Shown here in pieces: positions 53,793 through 64,000 of a stretch of 64,000 nucleotides of DNA; the stretch's first letter is position 1; each line of letters begins with the position of its first letter. The notes below the pieces were generated by a model. It saw only the letters and a list, made by a program, of their open reading frames with translations. It did not search any database and was not told the DNA's origin. Origin of the DNA: a bacterium. GTDB taxonomy: Bacteria; UBA8248. The position numbers were made by a program, and so were the translations under genes. The stretch lies in assembly GCA_965203325.1 (NCBI GenBank), contig OZ241875.1, positions 3,424,001-3,488,000 on the forward strand, written 5' to 3'.

Positions 53793-54527
53793 ATGTCCAT
53801 GTGCGGCGACCTTCGATTCAAGAGAATCCTGCTTAAACTCTCGGGAGAGGCCCTGGGGGGAGAACTCAAGTACGGGATCGACCACAACGTCGTTGACGAC
53901 ATAGCGCAGGAAATCAAAGAAATCCACCGGATGGGAGTCGAAGTCACCATCGTCGTGGGTGGAGGGAACATCTTTCGGGGGGCCGCCGCCGCCGCCGCCG
54001 GAATGGAACGCACCAACGCAGACTACATGGGCATGCTCGGCACGGTCATCAACGCCCTGGCTCTTCAACACGCGCTCGAAAAGGCGGACCTCACCACACG
54101 CGTCCAAAGCGCCATTCACATGGCTGAATTGTGCGAGCCCTACATCAGAAGGCGTGCGATACGCCACATGGAAAAAGGACGGGTCGTCATCTTCGCCGGC
54201 GGCACCGGAAACCCCTATTTCACGACGGATACCACCGCCAGCCTCAGAGCCATTGAGGTGGGTGCCGAATGCATTCTCAAGGCCACGAACGTGGATGGCG
54301 TTTTCTCCGCCGACCCCCATCAGGACGATACGGCCGAGTTCATCGACCAGTTGACGTATATCGAGGTGCTCAATCGCCAGCTCGCCGTCATGGACACCAC
54401 CGCCGTGAGCTTGTGCATGGATAACAATTTGCCCATTATTGTCTTTAACCTGCTCAAGCCCGGCAACATTCGCCGTGTCGTGGAGGGAGAGCAGGTAGGG
54501 ACTTTGGTGAAGGCCGCTGAAGGTTGA
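53793..54527 (+). CDS. pyrH: UMP kinase
   Basis: [36 protein letters not shown]. Start 53793 or 53799. Confidence 0.97.
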   Translation: MSMCGDLRFKRILLKLSGEALGGELKYGIDHNVVDDIAQEIKEIHRMGVEVTIVVGGGNIFRGAAAAAAGMERTNADYMGMLGTVINALALQHALEKADLTTRVQSAIHMAELCEPYIRRRAIRHMEKGRVVIFAGGTGNPYFTTDTTASLRAIEVGAECILKATNVDGVFSADPHQDDTAEFIDQLTYIEVLNRQLAVMDTTAVSLCMDNNLPIIVFNLLKPGNIRRVVEGEQVGTLVKAAEG

Positions 54528-54599
54528 TGCGGTGCGAATGAGACTTCGGCGAAGGGTGTATAATGATCATGTTGAGCTTCCAGCAGGGAGAGATGGTCG

Positions 54600-55154
54600 A
54601 TGGATGAGGTTCTAGCTGCGCTAAGGAAGAGAATGCAGTCCACGGTGGAATCATACAAGTCAGAAATCGCCCGCGTGCGAACCGGCCGCGCTTCCACGAA
54701 TCTCATCAGTGGCGTGATGGTCGACTACTATGGAGCGCCGACGCCGCTGAACCAACTCGCCACCCTGAACGTACCCGAGCCCCAACTCATCATCGTTCAG
54801 CCTTTCGACATCAACTCGTTGGGCGACATTGAAAAGGCGATTCAATCGGCGGAGTTGGGCCTGAACCCGTCGAACGACGGCAAGATCATCCGCGTGCCGG
54901 TGCCGGCGCTCACGGAGGAGCGCCGCAAGGAGATGGTGAAACTGCTCAAGAAGATGACCGAAGAGCATAAGGTCGCGCTTCGCAACATTCGTCGCGATGG
55001 CAACGATGACATGAAAAACCTCGAGAAAAACAAAGAGATTACCGAGGACGACCTCAGGAAAGGGCAGGGAGATGTCCAGAAGCTGACGGATCGGTTCGTC
55101 TCGGATTTGGATGATTTGCTTTCAGCCAAAGAGAAAGAGATTCTGGAGGTCTAG
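54600..55154 (+). CDS. frr: Ribosome recycling factor
   Basis: RTGRA, YYGAPTPL, LTEERRKE, RNIRRD. Confidence 0.97.
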   Translation: MDEVLAALRKRMQSTVESYKSEIARVRTGRASTNLISGVMVDYYGAPTPLNQLATLNVPEPQLIIVQPFDINSLGDIEKAIQSAELGLNPSNDGKIIRVPVPALTEERRKEMVKLLKKMTEEHKVALRNIRRDGNDDMKNLEKNKEITEDDLRKGQGDVQKLTDRFVSDLDDLLSAKEKEILEV

Positions 55155-55172
55155 TTTTTCAACGGAGCGCCT

Positions 55173-55931
55173 ATGGAATCCCGCATCGACCCACACATCG
55201 ATCTTGAGCGCCTCCCCCGCCATATCGGCATTATCATGGATGGCAACGGCCGTTGGGCTCAGAAACGGTTTCTCCCCCGGGTCGCCGGCCACCGCGAGGG
55301 CGTGAAGTCGGTCGACAAGGTCGTGGCGCATGCGCGCCGCATCGGCATCAAGGCCCTTACTCTCTACAGCTTCTCTCTGGAAAACTGGAACAGACCCAAA
55401 GACGAAGTCGACGCGCTCATGGACATTCTGGCGGATTACCTCGAGCGTGAGCTTCAAAGGATGCTCCGGGAGGGGATCCGTTTCAATACGATCGGGCACG
55501 AGGAGGATTTGCCCCTGTTTGCGCAGGAGATTGTTCGTCGCGTAAGGGAGCAAACGGCTGATCAGGACGGAATGGTTCTGACGCTGGCGCTCAGCTACGG
55601 CGCGCGGCGCGAAATCACCGACGCCGCTAGAGCCTTATCCAAAGAAGTTCAAAAGGGAATTCTGCAGCCCGAAGAAATCGATGAGAGTGACATCGAGCGC
55701 CATTTGTATACGGCGGATTTGCCCACACTCGACCTCTTGATTCGAACCAGCGGCGAACTGAGGCTCTCGAACTATCTGCTCTGGCAGGCGGCGTATGCGG
55801 AGCTTTATTTCACCGATATCAAATGGCCGGAATTCGGAGAGCGCGATCTCGAAGACGCCATTCTCGCATATCAGTCCCGTGTGCGGAAATTCGGTCTCAC
55901 CGAGGAGCAGTTCACGACTCGGAGAAACTAG
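55173..55931 (+). CDS. uppS: Undecaprenyl diphosphate synthase
   Basis: HIGIIMDGNGRWA, FSLENWNRP, LIRTSGELRLSNYLLWQ. Confidence 0.97.
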   Translation: MESRIDPHIDLERLPRHIGIIMDGNGRWAQKRFLPRVAGHREGVKSVDKVVAHARRIGIKALTLYSFSLENWNRPKDEVDALMDILADYLERELQRMLREGIRFNTIGHEEDLPLFAQEIVRRVREQTADQDGMVLTLALSYGARREITDAARALSKEVQKGILQPEEIDESDIERHLYTADLPTLDLLIRTSGELRLSNYLLWQAAYAELYFTDIKWPEFGERDLEDAILAYQSRVRKFGLTEEQFTTRRN

Positions 55932-55934
55932 GTT

Positions 55935-56726
55935 TTGACCCGCCTCCTGAGCGCCCTGGTGCTTGCGGCGCCCATCCTCGCCGTTTTGTTTTTTGCTTCC
56001 TCTGCGGTATTTCTCTGCGTGGTGGTTCTGCTCGTTTTTCGCGCAGGCTGGGAATTCCAGACCCTTGTCAGCCTTTGTGGGTGGCGCGTGAGAGCATGGG
56101 AAGGAGCGCTGGATGCTTGTGCTTTTGTGCTCGCCGTGTGGGTGGGCGGCGTTTTGCCGGCGTTGGTCCTCGTGGTGATTCTCCTTCGTGTTTTCCTCAA
56201 GGCGTTTTCCAGAGAGACTTTTCGGGAAAGCCTCGCCATGACGAGTGTGTCGCTTCTCGGTGTGATTTGGGTGGGCGGTGCCGGTGGCTTGATCGCGCTT
56301 GTCAGAACTTTCCCGGGTGGTATAGAGGCCATCTTCTTTTTGTTCATCGTCGTCTGGGCGAATGATATCGCGGCGATGTTCACCGGCAAGACGTTGGGAA
56401 ACAGGAAATTGGCACCTAAAATCAGCCCCGGAAAGACGGTGGAAGGGGCAATTGGAGGAATCGTCGCCGGTACCCTCGTGGGTGTCCTCACGACGTTTTA
56501 TATGGATGTTCCCGGGATTGACCCATGGCTCGCGATTCCTGTTTCGGTATGTATCGGGCTGTTCGCCCTGACAGGGGATTTGGGTGAATCGATCTTGAAG
56601 CGCGCGGCCGGAGAGAAAGACGCGTCCGACATCATCCCCGGCCATGGGGGTCTGCTCGATAGGATTGATGGTTTGCTCGTGGCGGGTCCTGCGTTTTACT
56701 GTTACTTGTACTGGGTACGGTTCTAA
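55935..56726 (+). CDS. cdsA: Phosphatidate cytidylyltransferase
   Basis: ISPGKTVEG, GDLGESILKR, KD..DIIPGHGGLLDRID. Confidence 0.95.
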   Translation: MTRLLSALVLAAPILAVLFFASSAVFLCVVVLLVFRAGWEFQTLVSLCGWRVRAWEGALDACAFVLAVWVGGVLPALVLVVILLRVFLKAFSRETFRESLAMTSVSLLGVIWVGGAGGLIALVRTFPGGIEAIFFLFIVVWANDIAAMFTGKTLGNRKLAPKISPGKTVEGAIGGIVAGTLVGVLTTFYMDVPGIDPWLAIPVSVCIGLFALTGDLGESILKRAAGEKDASDIIPGHGGLLDRIDGLLVAGPAFYCYLYWVRF

Positions 56727-56755
56727 GTCACCGCGAATCGGGAGTGAGCCGGAAA

Positions 56756-57925
56756 ATGGCGCCGCGAAAAATTGCCATACTGGGTTCTACAGGCAGCATC
56801 GGGGCAAACGCCCTCGATGTCGTGGCGCAATTTCCCGAAAGAATCGATGTGGTGGCGCTTGCCGCCGGCAGAAACTGGAAGCGGCTCGTGGAGCAGGCGA
56901 GGCAGTTTCGGCCCGAGGTTGTATCCGTGGCAGAAGATGCGGACGCGGCGCGTATTCAGGATGCGCTCCCTCCCGAAACCAGGTTGCTTTCGGGGGAGGA
57001 GGGTTTGCGGGAGGTGGCAGCGGGCGCGGGCGCGAGTCTGGTGGTTTCCGCGTTGGTGGGCGCAGCGGGGCTCCCGCCGACGCTGGCCGCCATCGACGTG
57101 GGCGCCTCGATTGCGCTGGCGAACAAGGAAGTGCTCGTCATGGCGGGAGAGCTGGTGACGTCGCGCGTTTCGGATCGGGAAGTCGAACTGCTCCCCGTAG
57201 ACAGCGAGCATGCGGGCGTCGCGCAAGCGCTGGCCGACAGGCCGCAGTCCCAGGTGGAGCGGATCGTGCTTACGGCATCGGGCGGTCCTTTCCGGAACCA
57301 TTCGATCGAGGCGATGAAGAACGTATCCCTGGAAGAGGCGTTGAACCACCCGAACTGGAAGATGGGCCCCAAGATTACGATTGATTCCGCATCCATGATG
57401 AACAAGGGTCTTGAAATCATCGAGGCGCGCTGGCTGTTCGGTCTGAAGCCGGAACAGGTGGACGTGCTGGTTCACCCGCAGAGCATCGTGCATGCCATGG
57501 TGGAGTTCGTCGACGGGAGTTTCGTGGCGCAAATGAGCATGCCCGACATGCGGATTCCCATCGCGCAGGCCATTTTCTCTCCGGATAGGTTGGCCATCGA
57601 GGCGCCGAAGCTTGATTTGGCGCAAGTCGGCTCCCTGACGTTCGAAGCGCCGGACCCGGAGCGTTTTCCCTGCCTCACTCATGCGAAAGACGCAATGCGC
57701 GAAGGGGGCACGGCGCCCGCCGTTCTCAATGCGGCGAACGAGGTGGCCGTCGCCTCGTTTTTGTCGGGCGCATCGAAATTCATGGATATTCCCGATGTCG
57801 TGGGGGCTGCGCTGGAGGCGCACGAAAACATGGAGGCGGATGATTTGGGGGCGATCCTGGAAGCGGATCGGTGGGCGAGAGAGTACGCCTCCTCGCGTCT
57901 GAACGGAACCGCCGCAAGCCACTAG
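56756..57925 (+). CDS. dxr: 1-deoxy-D-xylulose 5-phosphate reductoisomerase
   Basis: ILGSTGSIG, LANKE, PVDSEH, TASGGPF, HPNWKMG, NKGLE, NAANE. Confidence 0.97.
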   Translation: MAPRKIAILGSTGSIGANALDVVAQFPERIDVVALAAGRNWKRLVEQARQFRPEVVSVAEDADAARIQDALPPETRLLSGEEGLREVAAGAGASLVVSALVGAAGLPPTLAAIDVGASIALANKEVLVMAGELVTSRVSDREVELLPVDSEHAGVAQALADRPQSQVERIVLTASGGPFRNHSIEAMKNVSLEEALNHPNWKMGPKITIDSASMMNKGLEIIEARWLFGLKPEQVDVLVHPQSIVHAMVEFVDGSFVAQMSMPDMRIPIAQAIFSPDRLAIEAPKLDLAQVGSLTFEAPDPERFPCLTHAKDAMREGGTAPAVLNAANEVAVASFLSGASKFMDIPDVVGAALEAHENMEADDLGAILEADRWAREYASSRLNGTAASH

Positions 57926-57930
57926 AATCC

Positions 57931-58401
57931 ATGGGCCGTCAAGACGAGTGCGAGGCCTTGCCCCAGCTTGTCGCTACGTTGGGCGGTCTTGGACTGGTTC
58001 CTCTGGCCCCTGGTACGGTCGCTTCTCTCATTGCCGTTGTAGCGTATTTTCTGCTCTATCAGATCAACCCCTATGTTCCCCTCTGGGTTTTGATTTTCCT
58101 GATACCCGTCGCCATATGGGGCGCCGGCAAATATGAAGCGAGTGTGAACCGGCAAGACCCGCCGGAAATCGTCGTGGATGAATGGGTGGGCCAGTTCATC
58201 TGCTTCATCGGGGTCGAGCCGAGCCCAGGCGCTCTGGTAGCGGGCTTTTTCCTTTTTCGTATTTTTGACATTATCAAGCTGCCGCCGGTCCGGCGTCTGG
58301 AAAGGCTCCCGGGCGGCGTGGGCGTCGTGGCGGACGACGTTGCCGCGGGAATTATCGGCTGGGCCATCTTGTTCGTTCTGTCGCAATGGGAAGTGGTTTG
58401 A
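57931..58401 (+). CDS. pgpA: Phosphatidylglycerophosphatase A
   Basis: APGT.ASL, DPPEIVVDEWVG, FRIFDIIK, GVVADD. Confidence 0.92.
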   Translation: MGRQDECEALPQLVATLGGLGLVPLAPGTVASLIAVVAYFLLYQINPYVPLWVLIFLIPVAIWGAGKYEASVNRQDPPEIVVDEWVGQFICFIGVEPSPGALVAGFFLFRIFDIIKLPPVRRLERLPGGVGVVADDVAAGIIGWAILFVLSQWEVV

Positions 58402-58421
58402 TTTCTGGGGAGTACAGGAAA

Positions 58422-58913
58422 ATGGCGGAATCCGTGGAGGAATGGCTCGGGGCGTATCTGAGTGATAAAGGCTGGCGCATCGCCACGGCGGAGAGCTGCA
58501 CGGGCGGCCTCATCGCCAGCCGCATCACGGATGTTTCCGGCAGTTCCGCTTATTTCGAGCAGGGTTTCGTCACCTACAGCAACGAGGCGAAAATGGCGCT
58601 TCTGGGCGTATCGAAAGATATCGTGGCGACCGAGGGCGGGCCGGGGGCGGTGAGCGAGGCCTGCGCGCGCGCGATGGCGGAAGGCGTTCGTGCGGCGGCG
58701 GGAAGCGAAGTCGGGCTGTCCGTCACGGGCATCGCCGGTCCCACGGGGGGAATGCCCGGGAAGCCGGTGGGAACGGTGTATATGGCCGTCGCCACGCTTT
58801 CCGGCACCAGTTGCCGGCATCACCTGTTCGAAGGCTCCCGTCTGGAAGTGAAGGCCCAGACGGCGGAAGCCGCCCTCGAGATGGCGCGTGATGCCTTGAA
58901 AGGGTTGGGCTGA
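58422..58913 (+). CDS. cinA: CinA C-terminal domain protein (NMN deamidase PncC-like)
   Basis: ATAESCTGG, GSSAYF, TYSNEAK, TGIAGP. No molybdopterin-binding N-domain. Confidence 0.9.
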   Translation: MAESVEEWLGAYLSDKGWRIATAESCTGGLIASRITDVSGSSAYFEQGFVTYSNEAKMALLGVSKDIVATEGGPGAVSEACARAMAEGVRAAAGSEVGLSVTGIAGPTGGMPGKPVGTVYMAVATLSGTSCRHHLFEGSRLEVKAQTAEAALEMARDALKGLG

Positions 58914-59002
58914 CGAATTGGTGCATGAGAGCGCTTAGACCTGGATGAGCGGCTGTTATTTTACCCCGGGAGATGTGACTGCCCTCGTGAAGGAGATTCT
59001 CC

Positions 59003-59578
59003 ATGCGCGCGTTTTTCGCGATTCCGTTCAACGCGGATGAGCACGAAAAGCTGGAATCGCTTCAAAAATCGCTCGCTACCATGCCGGCTCTCGATGATTT
59101 CCGCTGGGGGAGGCCGCAGAACATCCATATCACGCTGCGTTTTCTGGGCGACATTGAGGATGCGCGGGCCGAGGCTGCCGCAGAGGCGTTGCGCCGCGCG
59201 GGTGAGGGTGCCTCTGCTTTCGATATTCCGATCGATCGCTTCGGCGTCTTTCCGCATCTCAAGCGTCCGGGCGTGCTCTGGGCGGGGCCCTCGGAATTGC
59301 CGGAACCACTGGCGGAACTCGAGTCCCGTCTTTCTCGCTGTCTGGACGAAGCGGGGTTCCCCCTCGGCGAAGGACGATTCCGTCCGCATCTGACGATCGC
59401 ACGCCGCCGATCTCGCGACCGCCCACCCGCGGGGCTCGAGGGAGAGCTCGAGATCGCCGAGCAGCGGTGGCTGACGCCCCCTCTCGTCTGCCGGGCGCGC
59501 GAGGCTGTCTTGTTCAGAAGCGAACTCAATCCCTCGGGCGCCATTCACACCGTGCTGGAAAAAGTGACTTTTCACTAG
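59003..59578 (+). CDS. thpR: RNA 2',3'-cyclic phosphodiesterase (2H family)
   Basis: MRAFFAI, HITLRFLG, FRPHLTIAR. Confidence 0.92.
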   Translation: MRAFFAIPFNADEHEKLESLQKSLATMPALDDFRWGRPQNIHITLRFLGDIEDARAEAAAEALRRAGEGASAFDIPIDRFGVFPHLKRPGVLWAGPSELPEPLAELESRLSRCLDEAGFPLGEGRFRPHLTIARRRSRDRPPAGLEGELEIAEQRWLTPPLVCRAREAVLFRSELNPSGAIHTVLEKVTFH

Positions 59579-59804
59579 GCGCGGCTGGCGGTTCACCTGC
59601 TTCGTGGCGTCTGGTACCACCCGGAACTACAAGCGCTGAAAATCCGCAGGCTTGTGTGGAAAACTCTTTCTCGATGAGGAGATGGGTTCGCCTTAACGAT
59701 GTGTGGAACCCGCTAAAGGATTGAATTTAGCTCATGAACACCCCGTTATCGCCCGTAATGAGAGGGGAAAATAGTTTTTCCGTGAGAATTTTCGCTTTTT
59801 ATAC

Positions 59805-59833
59805 TTGATCCCAAAGGCGGTTTCACGTATATT
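59805..59833 (+). promoter_or_regulatory. Putative sigma70 promoter of recA
   Basis: TTGATC-17 bp-TATATT, bracketed by a 10-bp inverted repeat. Confidence 0.5.
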
Positions 59834-60022
59834 TAGCGAAAATTAACTTCCGCCGTAGTTGGGAACCATGGACGGGCAAGGGGATGGGGCCTGCTCCTTA
59901 CGAGCCGGCATGAAAGTAAAGGCACATGCCGTATTGCAGAAAACGGGTCGATCCCCTACATTCAACCTATGTCCGCCATCGCCCGAACCGGTGCGCATTC
60001 CTCCATCCAAGGGAGTTTTCCG

Positions 60023-61123
60023 ATGAACCTCAAAAACGGGTCACCCTCCGAGAAATCCGAGAACCCGCAAGGGCGTGAGCGCCGCGAGAAGGCGCTGGAC
60101 ATGGCTTTCAACCAGATCAACCGCCAGTTCGGCAAAGGCTCCATCATGCGTCTGGGCGAAGGGCCGGGCGTGGAGGCGATTCCGGCCATTTCGACGGGTT
60201 CGGTATCGCTCGACGCCGCCCTGGGCTGCGGCGGCGTGCCGCGCGGACGCATCGTGGAGATATTCGGGCCCGAGTCCTCGGGCAAGACGACCATCGCATT
60301 GCAAATCATCGCGCAGGTGCAGCGGGGCGGCGGGATGGCCGCCTTCGTGGATGCGGAGCACGCGCTGGACCCGACCTACGCCAAGGCGCTCGGCGTGCAG
60401 ACGGACAACCTCATCGTCTCCCAACCCGATACGGGCGAGCAGGCCCTGGAGATCGCCGAGATTCTGACGAGCAGCGGTTCGCTCGACGTGGTCGTCATCG
60501 ACTCGGTGGCCGCTTTGGTGCCCAAGGCGGAACTCGAAGGAGACATGGGAGATCACCACGTCGGCCTCCAGGCGCGGCTCATGAGCCAGGCGCTTCGCAA
60601 GCTCACGGGCGTGGTGCACCGCAGCAACACGTGCTTCATCTTCATCAACCAGATCCGCATGAAAATCGGCGTGATGTTCGGCAACCCGGAAACGACTTCG
60701 GGCGGAAACGCGCTCAAGTTCTACTCCTCCGTGCGCCTGGACATCCGCCGCATCGCCGCGATCAAAGAAGGCGAGAACAACGTGGGCAACCGGACGCGGG
60801 TGCGCGTGGTGAAGAACAAGCTCGCGCCTCCGTTCCGCACGGCGGAGTTCGACATCATGTTCGGGCGCGGCGTCTCGCGGGAGGGCGACGTGCTCGATCT
60901 GGCCGTCGAAAAAGGCATCGTCGCCAAGACGGGGGCGTGGTATTCCTACGGCGAGGAGCGCATCGGCCAGGGGCGCGAGAACGTGAAGCGGTTCTTGAGC
61001 GAGAACGCGGATCTTTTCTCGGAAATCGACTCCCAGGTCCGCGCCGCCGTCGGAATCGGCGCAGGCGGGCCGAATGTGGTGGCGGAGGAGAAAGAAGCCC
61101 CGCGGGCGGCGGCGCCGAAGTAA
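60023..61123 (+). CDS. recA: Recombinase RecA
   Basis: [44 protein letters not shown] 60023 after GGGAG. Confidence 0.98.
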   Translation: MNLKNGSPSEKSENPQGRERREKALDMAFNQINRQFGKGSIMRLGEGPGVEAIPAISTGSVSLDAALGCGGVPRGRIVEIFGPESSGKTTIALQIIAQVQRGGGMAAFVDAEHALDPTYAKALGVQTDNLIVSQPDTGEQALEIAEILTSSGSLDVVVIDSVAALVPKAELEGDMGDHHVGLQARLMSQALRKLTGVVHRSNTCFIFINQIRMKIGVMFGNPETTSGGNALKFYSSVRLDIRRIAAIKEGENNVGNRTRVRVVKNKLAPPFRTAEFDIMFGRGVSREGDVLDLAVEKGIVAKTGAWYSYGEERIGQGRENVKRFLSENADLFSEIDSQVRAAVGIGAGGPNVVAEEKEAPRAAAPK

Positions 61124-61165
61124 CCAGCTAAGCGCCTTTGCGTTGATCACATTCGGGAACCCCTG

Positions 61166-61675
61166 ATGGCCGTTCTGGAAATCCTCAAGTATCCGGCGCC
61201 CGCCCTTCGCCGGAAATGCTCCCCCGTCGAGCGCGTCACGGAGCAGACGGCCGAACTCGCGCGCGCGATGCTCGCCACCATGCACGACGCGCCCGGCGTC
61301 GGCCTCGCCGCCCCCCAGGTGGGGGAGAACGTCCGCCTCATCGTGGTCGACGTCTCGGTCGGCAAAGACCCCAAGCAGGTCCATTTTCTCGTCAATCCCG
61401 AGATCGAAAGCGCCTCCGGCGAGCGGATCGTGGAGGAGGCCTGCCTCTCGCTTCCGGGGGTCACCGAGAAAATCCGCCGCCGCGAGGCGGTGCGCGTGCG
61501 CGCGCTGAACCTGAGCGGCGAGGAAGTCGTTCTCGACGCGCGCGAGGTTCTCGCCTTCGTCTTACAGCATGAGATCGATCATCTCGACGGCAAACTCATC
61601 CTGGATCACCTCAACAAGACGAAGCGCGACCTCGTGAAGCGCCGCCTCAAGAAACAGGCCAGGGCCGCCTCTTAG
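61166..61675 (+). CDS. def: Peptide deformylase
   Basis: GVGLAAPQVG, EACLS, QHEIDHLDG. Confidence 0.95.
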   Translation: MAVLEILKYPAPALRRKCSPVERVTEQTAELARAMLATMHDAPGVGLAAPQVGENVRLIVVDVSVGKDPKQVHFLVNPEIESASGERIVEEACLSLPGVTEKIRRREAVRVRALNLSGEEVVLDAREVLAFVLQHEIDHLDGKLILDHLNKTKRDLVKRRLKKQARAAS

Positions 61676-61757
61676 AAAACCCCGTTTCGCTCGTGCTATA
61701 TTTTTTGCGTTGATGCGCTCGGTTTGTCAGGCGCTGCGTTTTTTCCGGGAGGAATCC

Positions 61758-62705
61758 ATGCGGGCTGTCTTTTTCGGCACATCCGAGTTCGCCGTGCCCA
61801 CGCTTCGGGCGCTGACCGCCTCGGCCGTCGAGCTGGCGGCCGTCTTCACGCAGCCGGACAGGCCCGCGGGCAGGGGCCGCAGGCTGACGCCGCCGCCCGT
61901 GAAGACGATCGCATTGGAAGCGGGATTGCCCGTGCTCCAGCCCGAGAAGATCCGTTCGACCGATGTCGCGGATTTCCGGCCCGACTTAGGGATAGTGGCG
62001 GCCTACGGGCAGATTCTGAGCAGGAAACTCTTGAATGTTCCCCGGTTGGGGTTGTTGAACCTGCACCCCTCGCTTCTCCCGCGCTGGCGGGGCGCCGCGC
62101 CGATCCAGCGCGCCCTTTTAGAAGGGGATTCCGAGACCGGGGTCTGCGTGATGCGGGTCGCGCCTGAATTAGACGCCGGCGACGTGCTCTCGCGCCGCTC
62201 GCTGCCCATCGGGGCGAGGGACACCTCAGGCTCCCTGCACGACAAGCTGGCCGCCATGGGGGCTGAGCAGATGGTGGCGACCCTGCTCGCACTCGAAAAA
62301 GGCGAGGTCACTGAAGTTCCGCAGGATGAATCCCTGGTCACCTATGCGGAAAAACTCCAGAAAGAAGAAGCGAAACTCGATTGGCGTCTGCCAGCGAGCC
62401 GCATCGACAGGCTGATCCGGGGCCTCAATCCGTGGCCCGTGGCGCAGACCGCGTGGCCGGAGATAGAGAACGGCCCGGTGCGGATATGGCGGGCCTGGCC
62501 AGTTCCCGAGGGGCCCGGCGACGTTCCCGGTGAGGTTCTGGGACTGGGTGAATCGCCAGAAGGTGCGGGAATCCGCGTGACGACGGGCGAGGGGGATTTG
62601 GTGATTCTGGAAATCCAGCCGCCGGGCAAGAAGAAGATGGGCGCGGAGGCATTCGCGAGGGGATACCCGTGCCGGCCCGGTCTCGTGCTCGGAGAGGGCG
62701 CGTGA
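61758..62705 (+). CDS. fmt: Methionyl-tRNA formyltransferase
   Basis: FFGTSEFA, TQPDRPAGRG, NLHPSLLPRWRGAAP, LDAGD. Confidence 0.96.
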   Translation: MRAVFFGTSEFAVPTLRALTASAVELAAVFTQPDRPAGRGRRLTPPPVKTIALEAGLPVLQPEKIRSTDVADFRPDLGIVAAYGQILSRKLLNVPRLGLLNLHPSLLPRWRGAAPIQRALLEGDSETGVCVMRVAPELDAGDVLSRRSLPIGARDTSGSLHDKLAAMGAEQMVATLLALEKGEVTEVPQDESLVTYAEKLQKEEAKLDWRLPASRIDRLIRGLNPWPVAQTAWPEIENGPVRIWRAWPVPEGPGDVPGEVLGLGESPEGAGIRVTTGEGDLVILEIQPPGKKKMGAEAFARGYPCRPGLVLGEGA

Positions 62706-64000
62706 GCCGGAACCTCGCGGTCAGCGAGAAAAGCGCGCGTTCCGCCGACCTCGTTCGCCGGGCGGCGCACGCCGCTCTGCTTTCTTTCGAAAAAACCCCC
62801 CTCGCTTCCGACCTGCTGGTCGAGCGGTTCTCCTCAGAGAATTTCGACGCGCGTGACCGCGCCTTTTTGCGCGAGTTGATCTACGGCGTCCTGCGGTGGC
62901 GGGGGCGTCTCGATTTCGTTTTCGGCCAATTTCTGGAAAAACCGAAACTTGCCCCTCCCGCCCGCGAAGCCTTGAGGCTGGGGACCTATCAGCTTTTGTT
63001 CATGGACCGCGTGCCCGCGCACGGCGCTGTGGGCGGCGCGGTTTCCCTGTTGGATCGCCCGAATCTCGGCTGGGCGAAGGGGCTGGTGAACGCGGTGTTG
63101 CGCAAGGTGGCGGCGCATGAGGTCGCACCGCCCGAGAACCCGGAAGACTACCTCACGATCTGGGAGTCCCACCCGCGCTGGCTGGTGAGACGCTGGATGC
63201 GGGGGCTGGGCGAAGAGGAGGCGCGAAAAAGATGCCAGGCGGACAACGAGGAGGCCCCGGTCGTCTTTCGCGTAAATCCGCTGGCGTCGAACGCCCGGAG
63301 TCTGATGGCCGAATTAAGAAGCGAGGGCGTCGCCACGCGGCCCGGATGCGTAGATCCGGATTGTCTGGTTTTTCTGCCGGATGAGAGCGCGGCCGGGCTG
63401 CGCTTCAGCGATACGGTTGCCTGGCGGGAGGGCAAATTCATCGTGGTGGATGAGAGTTCGAGCCTGGTGTCGCGTTTCGCAGGCGCCGGGGAGGGAGAGC
63501 GGATTCTCGACGCCTGCGCGGCCCCCGGCGGAAAAACGGCTTGCCTCGACTGGGCGGCGGGAGAGAACGGGCGCGTCGTTGCGGGGGAGAGGTCGCCTCG
63601 CCGCCTCGCTCTTCTCGAGCGCAATTGTGTTAGGATTCGGGCGGATGTGCGGCTCTTGAGGATGGATGCGATGGAGCCGCCTTTTCATGAAGCGTTCGAC
63701 CTCGTTCTCGTGGATGCGCCGTGCAGTGGACTGGGGGTTTTCAGGCGTCATCCCGATGCCAGGTGGCGGCTTGAGGAAGCGGACCTGGCCGCGCAGGCGG
63801 GGCGGCAGAAGGAGCTGTTGCAAGGTGCTGCCCGTGCGGTGCGCCCCGGCGGCAGGCTGGTGTATTCGGTTTGTACGAACGAGCCGGAGGAAACGGAAGA
63901 GGTGGCGGCTTCGTTTCGAGAGCCCGGCTTCGCCCCCATGCGCGATGGGGGCGCTCTTCCCGAAGGCGCGGAACGGTATCTGAAGCCGGACGGGAGCTTG
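62702..64000 (+). CDS. rsmB: 16S rRNA m5C967 methyltransferase RsmB (3'-truncated)
   Basis: GTGA overlap with fmt. My translation shows DRAFLRELIYGVLRWR (NusB-like), DACAAPGGKT, LVDAPCSGLG, VYSVCT. Runs off the window, so it is absent from the ORF track. Confidence 0.92.
   Translation, partial: MSRNLAVSEKSARSADLVRRAAHAALLSFEKTPLASDLLVERFSSENFDARDRAFLRELIYGVLRWRGRLDFVFGQFLEKPKLAPPAREALRLGTYQLLFMDRVPAHGAVGGAVSLLDRPNLGWAKGLVNAVLRKVAAHEVAPPENPEDYLTIWESHPRWLVRRWMRGLGEEEARKRCQADNEEAPVVFRVNPLASNARSLMAELRSEGVATRPGCVDPDCLVFLPDESAAGLRFSDTVAWREGKFIVVDESSSLVSRFAGAGEGERILDACAAPGGKTACLDWAAGENGRVVAGERSPRRLALLERNCVRIRADVRLLRMDAMEPPFHEAFDLVLVDAPCSGLGVFRRHPDARWRLEEADLAAQAGRQKELLQGAARAVRPGGRLVYSVCTNEPEETEEVAASFREPGFAPMRDGGALPEGAERYLKPDGSL

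Overview
A GC-rich bacterial chromosome segment. The lineage cannot be fixed from the sequence; gene order and lipoprotein/TonB-type content suggest a diderm, possibly Nitrospinota/delta-like organism, and this is inference. From about 22.7 kb onward it is mostly housekeeping: recD2, mazG, a Tat-exported peptide-type ABC operon, mutL, guaB-guaA, dnaE-lipB-exbB-exbD, rplM-rpsI-argC-argJ, rpsB-tsf-pyrH-frr-uppS-cdsA-dxr, pgpA-cinA-thpR-recA and def-fmt-rsmB. The first 8 kb carries a plant-like threonine synthase/cystathionine gamma-synthase pair, an MFS transporter, a class III aminotransferase and nfeD-SPFH. There are two accessory zones. (1) About 8.1-17.7 kb holds an RloA/RloB (AbiL-like) pair, an unexplained membrane protein plus FlgT-C-like pair, TA-like small genes, an apparently catalytically dead secreted SNase, GTAG-type REPs, and two inverted MITE-like elements flanking a rutB-like gene. 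(2) 20.8-22.65 kb is the most striking feature: a tandem array of four self-contained transcription units. Each has a conserved -35/-10 promoter, a leader, a small N-terminal-TM plus coiled-coil ORF and a UNCG-loop terminator. The proteins differ by whole 7- and 11-residue 'HEE' repeats. No CRISPR array, tRNA, rRNA, integrase or transposase was seen. Two single-base frameshifts (about 12.64 kb and exbD) may be sequencing errors.
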